This document shows, piece by piece, positions 9,275 to 17,309 of a stretch of 31,951 nucleotides of DNA. The stretch is from Candidatus Asbonarchaeum danakilense. Its GTDB lineage: Archaea; Nanohalarchaeota; Nanosalinia; Nanosalinales; Nanoanaerosalinaceae. The position numbers were made by a program, and so were the translations under genes. The DNA lies in the NCBI GenBank assembly GCA_034190465.1, contig JAXINV010000079.1, forward strand, positions 1 to 31,951, written 5' to 3'. Numbering within the stretch: position 1 is the stretch's first letter; every line of letters starts with the position of its first letter. The notes under the pieces were generated by a model that saw only the letters and a program-made list of their open reading frames with translations, searched no databases and was not told the origin of the DNA.

Positions 9275-10618
9275 TCACGCATGCTCTTTGACCGCTTCCT
9301 CCACCGCGTCCGCCAGCTCCCGCGCGTGGCGGCGTTCCAGTGTCAGCGGCAGCAGGAACCGGATCGCAGTGTTGTAGTTATCGTTGCCGCACGGTTCCGC
9401 CAGCACGTCGTGCTCGTCCAGCAGCGTGTGCAGCACCCTGTCACGCAGCTCGGGTGACGGTTCGCCGTCCCGCCGAAACTCGATGCCGCGGAACAGGCCG
9501 ATGCCCCGCGATTCCTCGACGATCGAGTACTGCTCCAGCTTGTCGAACCGCTCCTTGAGGTAGTTGCCCTCCTTTTCTGCGTTCTGCAGCAGGTGGTTGT
9601 CCCGGATCAGCTCGATGGTCTTCAGCGCGACGAAGCACTCCTTGGCGTTGCCGCCGTATGTCCCGGAGTGCTTGGCGTCCTCGTCTGTCGCGAACTCGTC
9701 CTTGATCAGCGAGGCGCCGAACGGCTCCACGCCGCCGGAGAACGTCTTGGAGACCGGGATCATGTCGGGCTGGACGTCGAAGTTCTCGATCCCGAACCAT
9801 TCACCGGTCCGGAACGCTGCCTGGACCTCGTCCACGATCATCGGGATGCCGTGCTCCCGTGTCAGCTCGCGGACGCCCTGCATGAACCTGGGATGCGGCA
9901 CGTTGTAGCCGCCCTCGCCCTGCAGGGATTCCAGCAGCACCGAGTTGATGTTGTCCGGTCCCTCGGTCTTGATCCTGGATTCCAGCTCCGCGAGGCATGC
10001 CTCCGCGTTCTCCTGCGGGTCCTGGTGCAGCTCGCCGCCGGTCTTCGAGGCGTACGGCGCGACGAAGGTCCGGGCCAGGAAGTTGAAGCCCTCGGTGTAG
10101 GTCGGCTTGGAGGTGGTATGGGACAGTGCCAGCGATGTCCGGCCGTGGAACGCGCCCTTGAACGCGACGTAGCTGTTGCCGCCCCGGTGGAGCTGCGCCG
10201 CCTTCAGGCAGCCCCGCTCGACCGCTTCGGACCCGGAGTTGCAGTAGTACACCTTCAGGTCGCCGCGGGAGAGGTTGCCTGGATAGATATCGGTCAGTTC
10301 CTCGGCCAGCTGGCGCTGCAGCGGGTGGTAGTAGCCCTGGCCGTCGATCATCAGGGGGAAGTCGCTGTCCTGTTCGTACAGCGGCCGGATCTCCTCGAGC
10401 AGCGGCTCGTACCGGTGGCCGAACGGTGTGGTGCCGACCTGGCTGGTGGCGTCCATCACGCCTTCCTGCTCCTCGCCGTCCCGGATGATGTCGATGTGCG
10501 GGCCGTCGCCGGCCGTGATGACGATCTCCTCACGGGTTGTGGGCAGCAGGACGCGCTTGTAGTCCTGGAACGTTTCGTCGTCTTCGCCACCGAGCAGCTC
10601 CCTGATCCGGTCAAGCAT
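9275..10618 (-). CDS. class III PLP-dependent aminotransferase (ornithine/4-aminobutyrate/lysine type)
   Basis: NSGSEAVE, AFHGRT, ESLQGEGG, DEVQ, VSKTFSGG (PLP Lys), HSGTYGG and RGIGLF motifs. Confidence 0.92.
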   Translation of the reverse strand: MLDRIRELLGGEDDETFQDYKRVLLPTTREEIVITAGDGPHIDIIRDGEEQEGVMDATSQVGTTPFGHRYEPLLEEIRPLYEQDSDFPLMIDGQGYYHPLQRQLAEELTDIYPGNLSRGDLKVYYCNSGSEAVERGCLKAAQLHRGGNSYVAFKGAFHGRTSLALSHTTSKPTYTEGFNFLARTFVAPYASKTGGELHQDPQENAEACLAELESRIKTEGPDNINSVLLESLQGEGGYNVPHPRFMQGVRELTREHGIPMIVDEVQAAFRTGEWFGIENFDVQPDMIPVSKTFSGGVEPFGASLIKDEFATDEDAKHSGTYGGNAKECFVALKTIELIRDNHLLQNAEKEGNYLKERFDKLEQYSIVEESRGIGLFRGIEFRRDGEPSPELRDRVLHTLLDEHDVLAEPCGNDNYNTAIRFLLPLTLERRHARELADAVEEAVKEHA

Positions 10619-10659
10619 TGCGGGTCACGGGACAGGATTGGGCCTGACGCTAATTAAGT

Positions 10660-11433
10660 TCACGGCCGGAGCTGTCGTTCCATCCAGTCAGCGGTCAGCA
10701 GGACGAGCTCCCGCTGGGCGCCGTCCGAGGTGTACAGATGGTCGCTGCCGGCCAGGACGTGGAGCTGTTTCGGCTGGTTGGCGTGGCGGAACAGCGCCTC
10801 GCCGTGGCTGAGCGGCACGGTCTCATCCCTGTCGCCGTGGATGACCCGGATGGGTGCATTGACCTTCTCGATCGCGTCCCGTGCATCGTACTGCCGCAGA
10901 TCCTCGACGAACGACCAGTTGACACGGACGCTGCCTTTCTTCACGGAGTCGAACTGGTAGAAGCCCTGGTCCTCCCACCGCTGCAGCTCGTCCGCACCGC
11001 CGACCAGCGGGGCGAGCTCTGCGTAGGCCGGTGAACCGGCAGGTGCCAGTGCCTGGATGTCGTACCTGGCGGCGACCATGATCGATGTCATCCCGCCGAG
11101 CGAGTGGCCCGCAAGCCCCATCCGGTCGGGATCGACGCCGTCCTGCTCCCGCAGGAAATCGAGGGCGTGCTCCAGGTCGTCGATCTGTGAGGAGAGCTGG
11201 ATGTCCTCGCATTTCCCGTCGGACTCGCCGACGCAGTCGCTGAAGTCGAACCGCAGCACGGTGAACCCCCGGTCGAGCAGTTTCTTCGCGATCGCGTGCA
11301 GGTGTGGGATCTCCTTGTAGCCGGTGAACGAGTGGCTGAGGATGACGCCCGGGGAGGGGGTTGTGTCCGGCTCGTCCAGCAGCCCGACGAGCTCCATGTC
11401 ACGCCCGTTCGTGAACCTGACCCGTCTGCTCAT
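10660..11433 (-). CDS. alpha/beta-hydrolase
   Basis: GHSLGG nucleophile elbow, HGDRDETVP and DH catalytic His. Confidence 0.9.
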   Translation of the reverse strand: MSRRVRFTNGRDMELVGLLDEPDTTPSPGVILSHSFTGYKEIPHLHAIAKKLLDRGFTVLRFDFSDCVGESDGKCEDIQLSSQIDDLEHALDFLREQDGVDPDRMGLAGHSLGGMTSIMVAARYDIQALAPAGSPAYAELAPLVGGADELQRWEDQGFYQFDSVKKGSVRVNWSFVEDLRQYDARDAIEKVNAPIRVIHGDRDETVPLSHGEALFRHANQPKQLHVLAGSDHLYTSDGAQRELVLLTADWMERQLRP

Positions 11434-11561
11434 CGTTCATCGCCTCCAGGTGGATCGCGTGACATCTGCGCGCCGCATTCAGGACAGCTGTGGCTGTCGC
11501 TGTCCTCGCCGAGCATCGTGGAGGTGCCGCACTCGTCGCAGGTGTACCGCTGCCCGCACAT
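11430..11561 (-). CDS. small CPxCG-type zinc-ribbon protein (43 aa)
   Basis: MCGQRYTCDECG...CPECGAQM. It fills the operon gap, and its stop overlaps the next ATG. Confidence 0.7.
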   Translation of the reverse strand: MCGQRYTCDECGTSTMLGEDSDSHSCPECGAQMSRDPPGGDER

Positions 11562-11565
11562 CAGA

Positions 11566-11829
11566 TCAGACTTCCTCGCCGGCGGCCCACTGTTCCAGGG
11601 TGTGGAAGTCGGTCTCGCCACAGATCCATTCGTCGGTCTCGGTGTTGTAGAAGAACGGGACACCGCCGCACTTGCCGTCGTCGAACTCCTCCATCTTCGC
11701 GGCGTTGTCCTCGTCATGCCAGACCTCCAGCTGCTTGACCTCGACGCCGGCATCCTTCAGGTTCTCGACCTTGTCCTCCATCGCCTTGCAGTGGGGACAT
11801 TCCTCCCCGTAGAACTCGTACAGTGTCAT
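11566..11829 (-). CDS. thioredoxin/glutaredoxin-like protein
   Basis: FYGEECPHC active site, cis-Pro motif GVPF and ICGE. Confidence 0.88.
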   Translation of the reverse strand: MTLYEFYGEECPHCKAMEDKVENLKDAGVEVKQLEVWHDEDNAAKMEEFDDGKCGGVPFFYNTETDEWICGETDFHTLEQWAAGEEV

Positions 11830-11868
11830 GGACGTGTCTTGGTGGCGCCGGTATTTACGTCTTGGCCG

Positions 11869-12240
11869 TCAGTCACGCAGCCGGTCGTACAGGTCCGATG
11901 CGGCATCCCGACCGTTCAACAGAAACTTCGCGCCCGCCGCGGTCAGGAACCCGCCCATCGCGGCCCGGGAGTAGTCCCCGGTCGCCACGCCGTCGGCCAG
12001 GGCACCACCTCCCACGAGGAAGATCGCCGCCGAGGTCGCCAGGTAGTAGCCGGAGAACAGGTCGGTCACCAGCTCCTGGTACGGCCAGTCCTCGTCCTCC
12101 ATCCGTTCCTCACCGCGATCGAACGCTGCATCGATCCGGTCCGACCGCTCCATGTACGCCCGCTGCTGGACGCCTGTACTTTCGCTGAACTCGGTCGCGC
12201 CCGGGTCGGCGGCGTACAGCTCAGGTTCCAGCTCCGTCAT
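11869..12240 (-). CDS. hypothetical membrane protein
   Basis: Acidic N-terminus and two hydrophobic segments. TTTTATA lies about 23 nt upstream (12263-12269). Confidence 0.65.
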   Translation of the reverse strand: MTELEPELYAADPGATEFSESTGVQQRAYMERSDRIDAAFDRGEERMEDEDWPYQELVTDLFSGYYLATSAAIFLVGGGALADGVATGDYSRAAMGGFLTAAGAKFLLNGRDAASDLYDRLRD

Positions 12241-12277
12241 GGCCCGGTACTGGGCTGCCCGGTATAAAAAAAAGGGG

Positions 12278-14545
12278 TCACAGTGCGGTGTCCTCGACCT
12301 CGGTCAGCCCGTGCTCGGTCTCCTTTTTCCGCAGGTTGTACAGGCTGCCGGTCACCGCGGCTTCGAGCTGCTCCTCGTGCGTGATCAGGAACAGCTGGTC
12401 GATCAGGTCGGCGACGTTGGTCCGCAGGGTCTCCGCCATGTCGTCGATCGCCCGGGTGTCCAGGTTGTGCGTTGGCTCGTCCAGGATCAGCAGCTTGAAC
12501 GTCGGTGCCAGCACGATCGCCAGCGCGATACGCAGTGTCAGCGCCGCGGTGTGTCGTTCCCCGCCGGAGACCTCGCCCTCGACCCTGACCCAGTCACCGC
12601 GGTCGTTCCGGACCTCGAGCACGTAGTCGTCGCCGGCGCGGAGCCGGATCGAGGTGTAGTCTTCGTACGGGTAGACCCGGTCCCAGACCTCCTGCATCAC
12701 GCTGTTCGCCTGGTCGACGAACCGTCGCCGCATCTCGCCCTGGGTCTCCACCAGCGCCCGCTCAAACCGGTTGAGGAAGTCCCGCAGCAGACCGTATCGC
12801 TCCACCTCCTGCTGCAGTTCTTCCAGGCGTTCCTGCTGCTTCTCGAACTCCTGCATCCGCTTACGTTTCTCCTCCAGCAATTCCTTTTTGGACTCCGTCT
12901 TGCTCGCCAGTACCTTGATGTCGCTCTCCAGATCGTTCCGCTCCTCCTTCGCCCCCTCCAGTTCGTCCTCGTCGAAGTCGATGTCGTCCAGCTCGTCCTC
13001 CACGTCCGCCAGCTTCTCCTGCTTCGCCGCGATCATCTCCCGCTTCTCGAAGATCTCGACGGCGTCCTCGAGCTGTTCCTGTTCCTCTTCCAGTTCCTCC
13101 TGCTGCCTGTCGTCGAGCTCGTCCTCAAGCTCGTCGCGTTGTTCTTCCAGTTCCTCGAGCTGTTCCTCGGCCTCATCGAGCTCGTCCTGCTTGTCCTCGA
13201 TCTGTTCGTCGATGTCCCGGTACTGCAGCAGTTCGTCGCGTTGTTCTTCCAGTTCGTCCTGTTCGTCCTCAAGCTCGTCCAGCGTGTCGTCCAGCTCGTC
13301 GATCCGCTCGTTCAGCTCCTCTTTCCGCTGTTTCTTCTCCTGCAGGATCTCGACCCGGTGCTCGTCGGTCAGTTCCTGGCCGCACGTGGGGCAGGTCTCC
13401 GTCGACTGGGACAGGTCTTTGAGCGCGTCCGTGACCTGGTCCAGCTCCGCTTCGGCGGACGAACGTTTGTCCCGCAGCTCCTCCAGCCGCTCGTCGAGCT
13501 CCCCGAGCCGTTCCTCGACGTCCTCAAGCTCGTCTTCCTTCTCCCTTTCGTCCTGCAGCTCGCCGAGCTCATCCTCCAGCCGTTCGACCGTGCTTTCCTG
13601 CAGCGCGAGCTGTTTCTCCAGCTCCTGCAGCTCGTCCTTCCGTTCCTCTATCGCATCGAGCTCGTCCTGTATCTCCTCGAGCCGGTCCTCCGCCTGTTCC
13701 CGCGATTCGACGTCCGGCTCCTCGTCAGGGAGCTGCTCCTGCAGGCTGTCGATCGTCGCCCTGAGCTGCGTGGCCTGTTTCTCCAGTTCCTCGACCCGTT
13801 CCTCGGTCTGCTCCAGCTCCTCGACCTGCTCGTCCAGTTCGTCCAGCCGTTCCTCGTTTGCCGCCTTCGTTTCCTGCAGTTCGTCCAGTTCGTCCTCCAG
13901 GTCGTCGATGGTGTCGGCCAGTTCCTCGATCTCGGCCTCGTCCAGCCGTTCCTCCAGCTCTTCCAGGTCCTGTTGCCGGGAGCTGTGCCGGTCCTTGACC
14001 CGGTTGCGGAGTGTGACGGCGTTGCTCCGGGCGTCCTCGAACCGTTCCAGCTTGAGCAGCTCGTCGATCCGTTCCTTCCGCTCCGACGGTGTCAGGTCGA
14101 TGAACCGGTCCAGCTGGTTCTGCTCCGCGAAGATGATGTTGGCGAACAGGTCGTAGTCGATGCCGAGCAGCTCTTCGACCGCCTCGGTGACCTCGGTGGT
14201 CTGCGGGCCGGCGACTAGGTCGCTGTCATGGTACAGCTTGGATTCCTCGGTGCCGCTGTCCCGCTTCAAGGTGCGCTCCACGCGGTAGCTGTCCCCGTCG
14301 ACGGTGAACGTGACCTGGATCTCGGCCTGGTCTGCCTTCGTCGGTGTCCGTCGTATCAGGTCGTCGAGGGAGATCTTCCGTTCCTGGACGGCGGGCGTGG
14401 TCCCGAACAGGCCGTAGGTGATGGCCTCGAGCACCGCAGACTTGCCGGAGCCCATCTCCCCGACGATGGCGTTGACCCCGCCGGTGAAGTCGAGCTCTGT
14501 CTGCTTGTGCGACTTCCAGTTCGTCAGTTCGACGTGTTCGATCAC
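12278..14545 (-). CDS. rad50: DNA double-strand break repair ATPase Rad50
   Basis: NWKSH, Walker A GEMGSGKS, coiled coil with CPTCG zinc hook, signature VSGGE and Walker B LILDEPT. Translationally coupled to mre11. Confidence 0.95.
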   Translation of the reverse strand: MIEHVELTNWKSHKQTELDFTGGVNAIVGEMGSGKSAVLEAITYGLFGTTPAVQERKISLDDLIRRTPTKADQAEIQVTFTVDGDSYRVERTLKRDSGTEESKLYHDSDLVAGPQTTEVTEAVEELLGIDYDLFANIIFAEQNQLDRFIDLTPSERKERIDELLKLERFEDARSNAVTLRNRVKDRHSSRQQDLEELEERLDEAEIEELADTIDDLEDELDELQETKAANEERLDELDEQVEELEQTEERVEELEKQATQLRATIDSLQEQLPDEEPDVESREQAEDRLEEIQDELDAIEERKDELQELEKQLALQESTVERLEDELGELQDEREKEDELEDVEERLGELDERLEELRDKRSSAEAELDQVTDALKDLSQSTETCPTCGQELTDEHRVEILQEKKQRKEELNERIDELDDTLDELEDEQDELEEQRDELLQYRDIDEQIEDKQDELDEAEEQLEELEEQRDELEDELDDRQQEELEEEQEQLEDAVEIFEKREMIAAKQEKLADVEDELDDIDFDEDELEGAKEERNDLESDIKVLASKTESKKELLEEKRKRMQEFEKQQERLEELQQEVERYGLLRDFLNRFERALVETQGEMRRRFVDQANSVMQEVWDRVYPYEDYTSIRLRAGDDYVLEVRNDRGDWVRVEGEVSGGERHTAALTLRIALAIVLAPTFKLLILDEPTHNLDTRAIDDMAETLRTNVADLIDQLFLITHEEQLEAAVTGSLYNLRKKETEHGLTEVEDTAL

Positions 14546-15822
14546 TGGATGAACGCCTCCAGGTTCGAGTCCCTGCCGTCGCCGGTTTCTTCGGGTTCAT
14601 CGTCCTCCGCTGTCCCGTCTTTCCCTTCTTCCTCCGCTCCTGCGGCGTCCTGCAGGTCGTCGGGGTCTGTCGCCTCCAGCTTGTCCATCGCGGCGTCGAG
14701 CTCGCCGTCGGAGAGCAGTGTGAACAGGTCGTCCAGGCCCTCCCAGTCCATCTTCTCCTGCAGGATCGCCATGCCCTGTTCGCGGGCGTTCTTCTCCTCG
14801 TACTGCACGTCCGCCTGGCCTTCCTCGTTGCTGGTCGCGGTCCGCTTCGCCACGGTCAGCAGCGCCCGGTCCTCGTACGGTTCCCGGAGCTCGGTGACGC
14901 TGATCTCGGCGTCGGTCTCGCCTGTCAGCACGAGCCGGACAAGCGGTTTTTTCTCCCGGTCGTCGAGGATCTCGTCCATCGCGTCCTGCACGGCGTCGCG
15001 GACCTGGCTGCCGGTCATGCCTGTCACGTCGATCTCACGGTGTTCGACGTCGCGTGTCCCGTCCAGCTCGATGAACTCGAGGCCGTCCCGGGTGTCGATC
15101 CGGAGGAAGCCCTTCGGCTTGTCGGCCTCGGTCTGGTTGATCTGGGTGGTGACGGTGGAGCCGGGGATGACCAGCGGCCGGTCGGCGTCCCGCATCTCGA
15201 GGTTGTACCAGTGGATGTGGCCGTCGATGATGTAGTCGAAGCCCTCGGGCAGGTGCTCGAGTTTGAGTGCAGGATGGTCGGGATCGGTGTAGACGAAGTT
15301 CTCGATGGACTGGTGCAGCATGAAGATGTTGGTCGCGCCGTCGACGGGAGTTGGATCGAACCGCTGCAGGACCTTGGGGGCGTACCGCTCCGGGACGCCG
15401 GACATACCGTGGACAGTGAGGGTCTCGTCGCCCTTCCGCAGGACGATGGTCTCGTTGTGCAGGTGGCAGAGGTAGCCGGCCTTCTCCAGCAGCTGGATCG
15501 GGTTGAGGAAGTCGCTGCTCCGACGCTCATGGGTTCCGTGGATGGCGATGATCGGTGTGCCGCGGAAGGAGAACTGTTTGTCGCCGTCGTCCGTCACGTC
15601 GACGTCGCTCTCGATGTCGTCGAACTCCTTGAACAGGTCGATGGCCCGTCCGAGCACCTCCTGCCGCGGTATCTTGCGGTCGAACAGGTCGCCGGGGAGG
15701 AGGATGACGTCGGCGTCACGTGACCGTTCCAGTGCCTCTCTGAAGTTGTCGAACGGGTCGTCCCGGCGCTCGGTGTCCCAGCCGTAGCCGAGGTGCTGGT
15801 CGCTGATGACCGCGATGTCCAT
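14542..15822 (-). CDS. mre11: DNA repair nuclease Mre11
   Basis: SDQHLG, GDLFD, GTHE, LHQ, GHIH and PGS motifs. Directly upstream of rad50. Confidence 0.95.
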   Translation of the reverse strand: MDIAVISDQHLGYGWDTERRDDPFDNFREALERSRDADVILLPGDLFDRKIPRQEVLGRAIDLFKEFDDIESDVDVTDDGDKQFSFRGTPIIAIHGTHERRSSDFLNPIQLLEKAGYLCHLHNETIVLRKGDETLTVHGMSGVPERYAPKVLQRFDPTPVDGATNIFMLHQSIENFVYTDPDHPALKLEHLPEGFDYIIDGHIHWYNLEMRDADRPLVIPGSTVTTQINQTEADKPKGFLRIDTRDGLEFIELDGTRDVEHREIDVTGMTGSQVRDAVQDAMDEILDDREKKPLVRLVLTGETDAEISVTELREPYEDRALLTVAKRTATSNEEGQADVQYEEKNAREQGMAILQEKMDWEGLDDLFTLLSDGELDAAMDKLEATDPDDLQDAAGAEEEGKDGTAEDDEPEETGDGRDSNLEAFIQ

Positions 15823-15920
15823 GCATGAAGCTGCCGCTCGAAGGCTTTAATATCTGGCCGGGGGTGTTCCGGAAGAAAAAGAAGGGAGAAGGGGAGGGCG
15901 CCTTACCGCCGCTCCGGAGG

Positions 15921-16619
15921 TCACTGGCCGGTGCCGGGCATCGCGACGTCGGTCCCGATCGGCTGCTGGCTTGTCGTGTTGATCGGCGGGATGCCGCCGA
16001 ACAGGGAGTTGATGAACAGCAGCCCGGACTGTTTGGTGACGTAGACGTCCCGCTGCGCGGTCCTGTTCGAGGTCGCGACGTCCATCGTCACGACGTACAG
16101 GTCGCTGAACTTGTCGCCGTTGATCGAGGCGACGGTGATGTTGGCAGGGACGACTCCGCCGAGCTGCTCTTCAAAGTATGCATCCGTCTTCTGCCGGATC
16201 TGCTGCTTCGTCATGCCGTCCTGCTTCATGTCGGAGGCGAAGATGAAGCCGGCCCCGAGGATGAGCCCGATCGCGAGCCCGGTGAGGAATACGGTCTTCG
16301 GCTTCTTCCACGGTGACCCGTCCGTCGTTCCCCGGTCGGGGCTGTGGTGTTTCCGGCCGTGCTCCCGCTTTGCCTTCAGGGAGTCGAAGCTCTTCCCGCA
16401 TTTCTCGCAGGCGTATTCGTCCTCCGGCTCTTCTTCGTCCTGTTCGCCGGTGTCTTCAGCATCGATACGGTTCCTGAGCCACTTTTTCAACGTTTTCCTG
16501 TCTTTGTTGCCCTTCTCGACGTTGAGAAGCTTCTGGAGGTCGAGGTCCTCCTCGTCGACCATCTCCTTGATCTCTGCGATGGTTTTCTGTGAGATTTCCT
16601 CGTAATCGTGGTTGGCCAT
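15921..16619 (-). CDS. membrane protein: helical N-domain, C2H2 zinc finger, TM helix, extracellular domain
   Basis: ATG 16619. YACEKCGKSFDSLKAKREHGRKHH and TM segment VFLTGLAIGLILGAGFIF. Confidence 0.7.
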   Translation of the reverse strand: MANHDYEEISQKTIAEIKEMVDEEDLDLQKLLNVEKGNKDRKTLKKWLRNRIDAEDTGEQDEEEPEDEYACEKCGKSFDSLKAKREHGRKHHSPDRGTTDGSPWKKPKTVFLTGLAIGLILGAGFIFASDMKQDGMTKQQIRQKTDAYFEEQLGGVVPANITVASINGDKFSDLYVVTMDVATSNRTAQRDVYVTKQSGLLFINSLFGGIPPINTTSQQPIGTDVAMPGTGQ

Positions 16620-16753
16620 GGAGATGCACCTCTGTACGGTGCAAGATTTGAGGCAGCGGTTTATAAAACTGGTTTGTCGGTCATCAGGTCCTGCTGGAAG
16701 GGTTCCGACCGGGACCGTGTTCTTTAAATCGTTCAGTCCCACATCTAGAACTG

Positions 16754-17002
16754 ATGCACATCGTGGAACTGTTCTACGCGGAGGGGGACCGGCAGAGCCG
16801 GGAGGCGAAACGTATCTTCAGTGAGGTCGTCGAGGAGTCGGATGACGTGATGCTGATCGGCCACGACATCGAGTCGGACCCGGGGATCCGGAAGGCGTCG
16901 GCGATGGATGTCTACGAGGTCCCGACCGCGATCATCGACCGGGAACGCGCGATGGTCGGTGTGCCCCACTCCAAGGAACAGGTGCTGCGCTCGCTACGGT
17001 GA
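16754..17002 (+). CDS. thioredoxin-fold protein lacking CxxC
   Basis: VELFYAEGDRQS...DVYEVPTAII...VGVP pattern. TTTAAA at 16723-16728. Confidence 0.65.
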   Translation: MHIVELFYAEGDRQSREAKRIFSEVVEESDDVMLIGHDIESDPGIRKASAMDVYEVPTAIIDRERAMVGVPHSKEQVLRSLR

Positions 17003-17006
17003 GACG

Positions 17007-17117
17007 ATGGATGAGGAACGGATGATCGAATGCCCGAACTGCGGGACGATCCCGCCCGATCCGCGCGGTGTCGTGGTCTGCCCTGAATGCGGGTTCGACG
17101 CCGCCCACGCCCGGTGA
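17007..17117 (+). CDS. small CPxCG zinc-ribbon protein (36 aa)
   Basis: MDEERMIECPNCG...VCPECGF, starting 4 nt after the previous stop. Confidence 0.7.
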   Translation: MDEERMIECPNCGTIPPDPRGVVVCPECGFDAAHAR

Positions 17118-17135
17118 CCGCTGCCCGGCGGAAGG

Positions 17136-17142
17136 TTTAAAA
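17136..17142 (+). promoter_or_regulatory. TATA box of proS
   Basis: TTTAAAA about 26 nt before the start of the paired leader. Confidence 0.65.
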
Positions 17143-17168
17143 GCCCTGTCCGGCCATTCACGGGTCAC

Positions 17169-17288
17169 GTGAGAGCGATGGACGCTGGCAAGCAGGGTGG
17201 CTGTGTTCCGCGCAGGGGACGATGAATCGGTCCGGGCAGGCCAGCATGTATTCTACCATACGCATCCTGGTTCCAGCATCCGCTCCAC
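17169..17288 (+). ncRNA. structured 5' leader of proS
   Basis: Nested pairings GUG/CAC, GAGC/GCUC, GGA/UCC, GCUGG/CCAGC and CAGGGUG/CAUCCUG, plus inner hairpins. SD AGGTGA at 17298-17303. Confidence 0.6.
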
Positions 17289-17309
17289 GGTTTCTCCAGG
17301 TGATCGACG

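Noticed and set aside
13020..13960. Apparent nucleotide repeats in rad50
   Set aside because: Explained by acidic heptad coiled-coil coding, not a DNA repeat element.
12152..14218. Long plus-strand ORFs (688 aa, and 461 aa Ser-rich) opposite rad50
   Set aside because: Antisense shadows of GC-rich GAG/GAC codon usage. The same applies to 3606-5138, 17253-18740, 9593-10657 and 24744-25751.
12278..15822. Missing herA/nurA next to mre11-rad50
   Set aside because: A two-gene arrangement is common in halophilic and mesophilic archaea, and the genes may lie elsewhere.
17169..17288. Bulge-helix-bulge splice motif in the proS leader
   Set aside because: There is one 3-nt bulge next to a 4-bp helix, but the opposite bulge has no closing helix.
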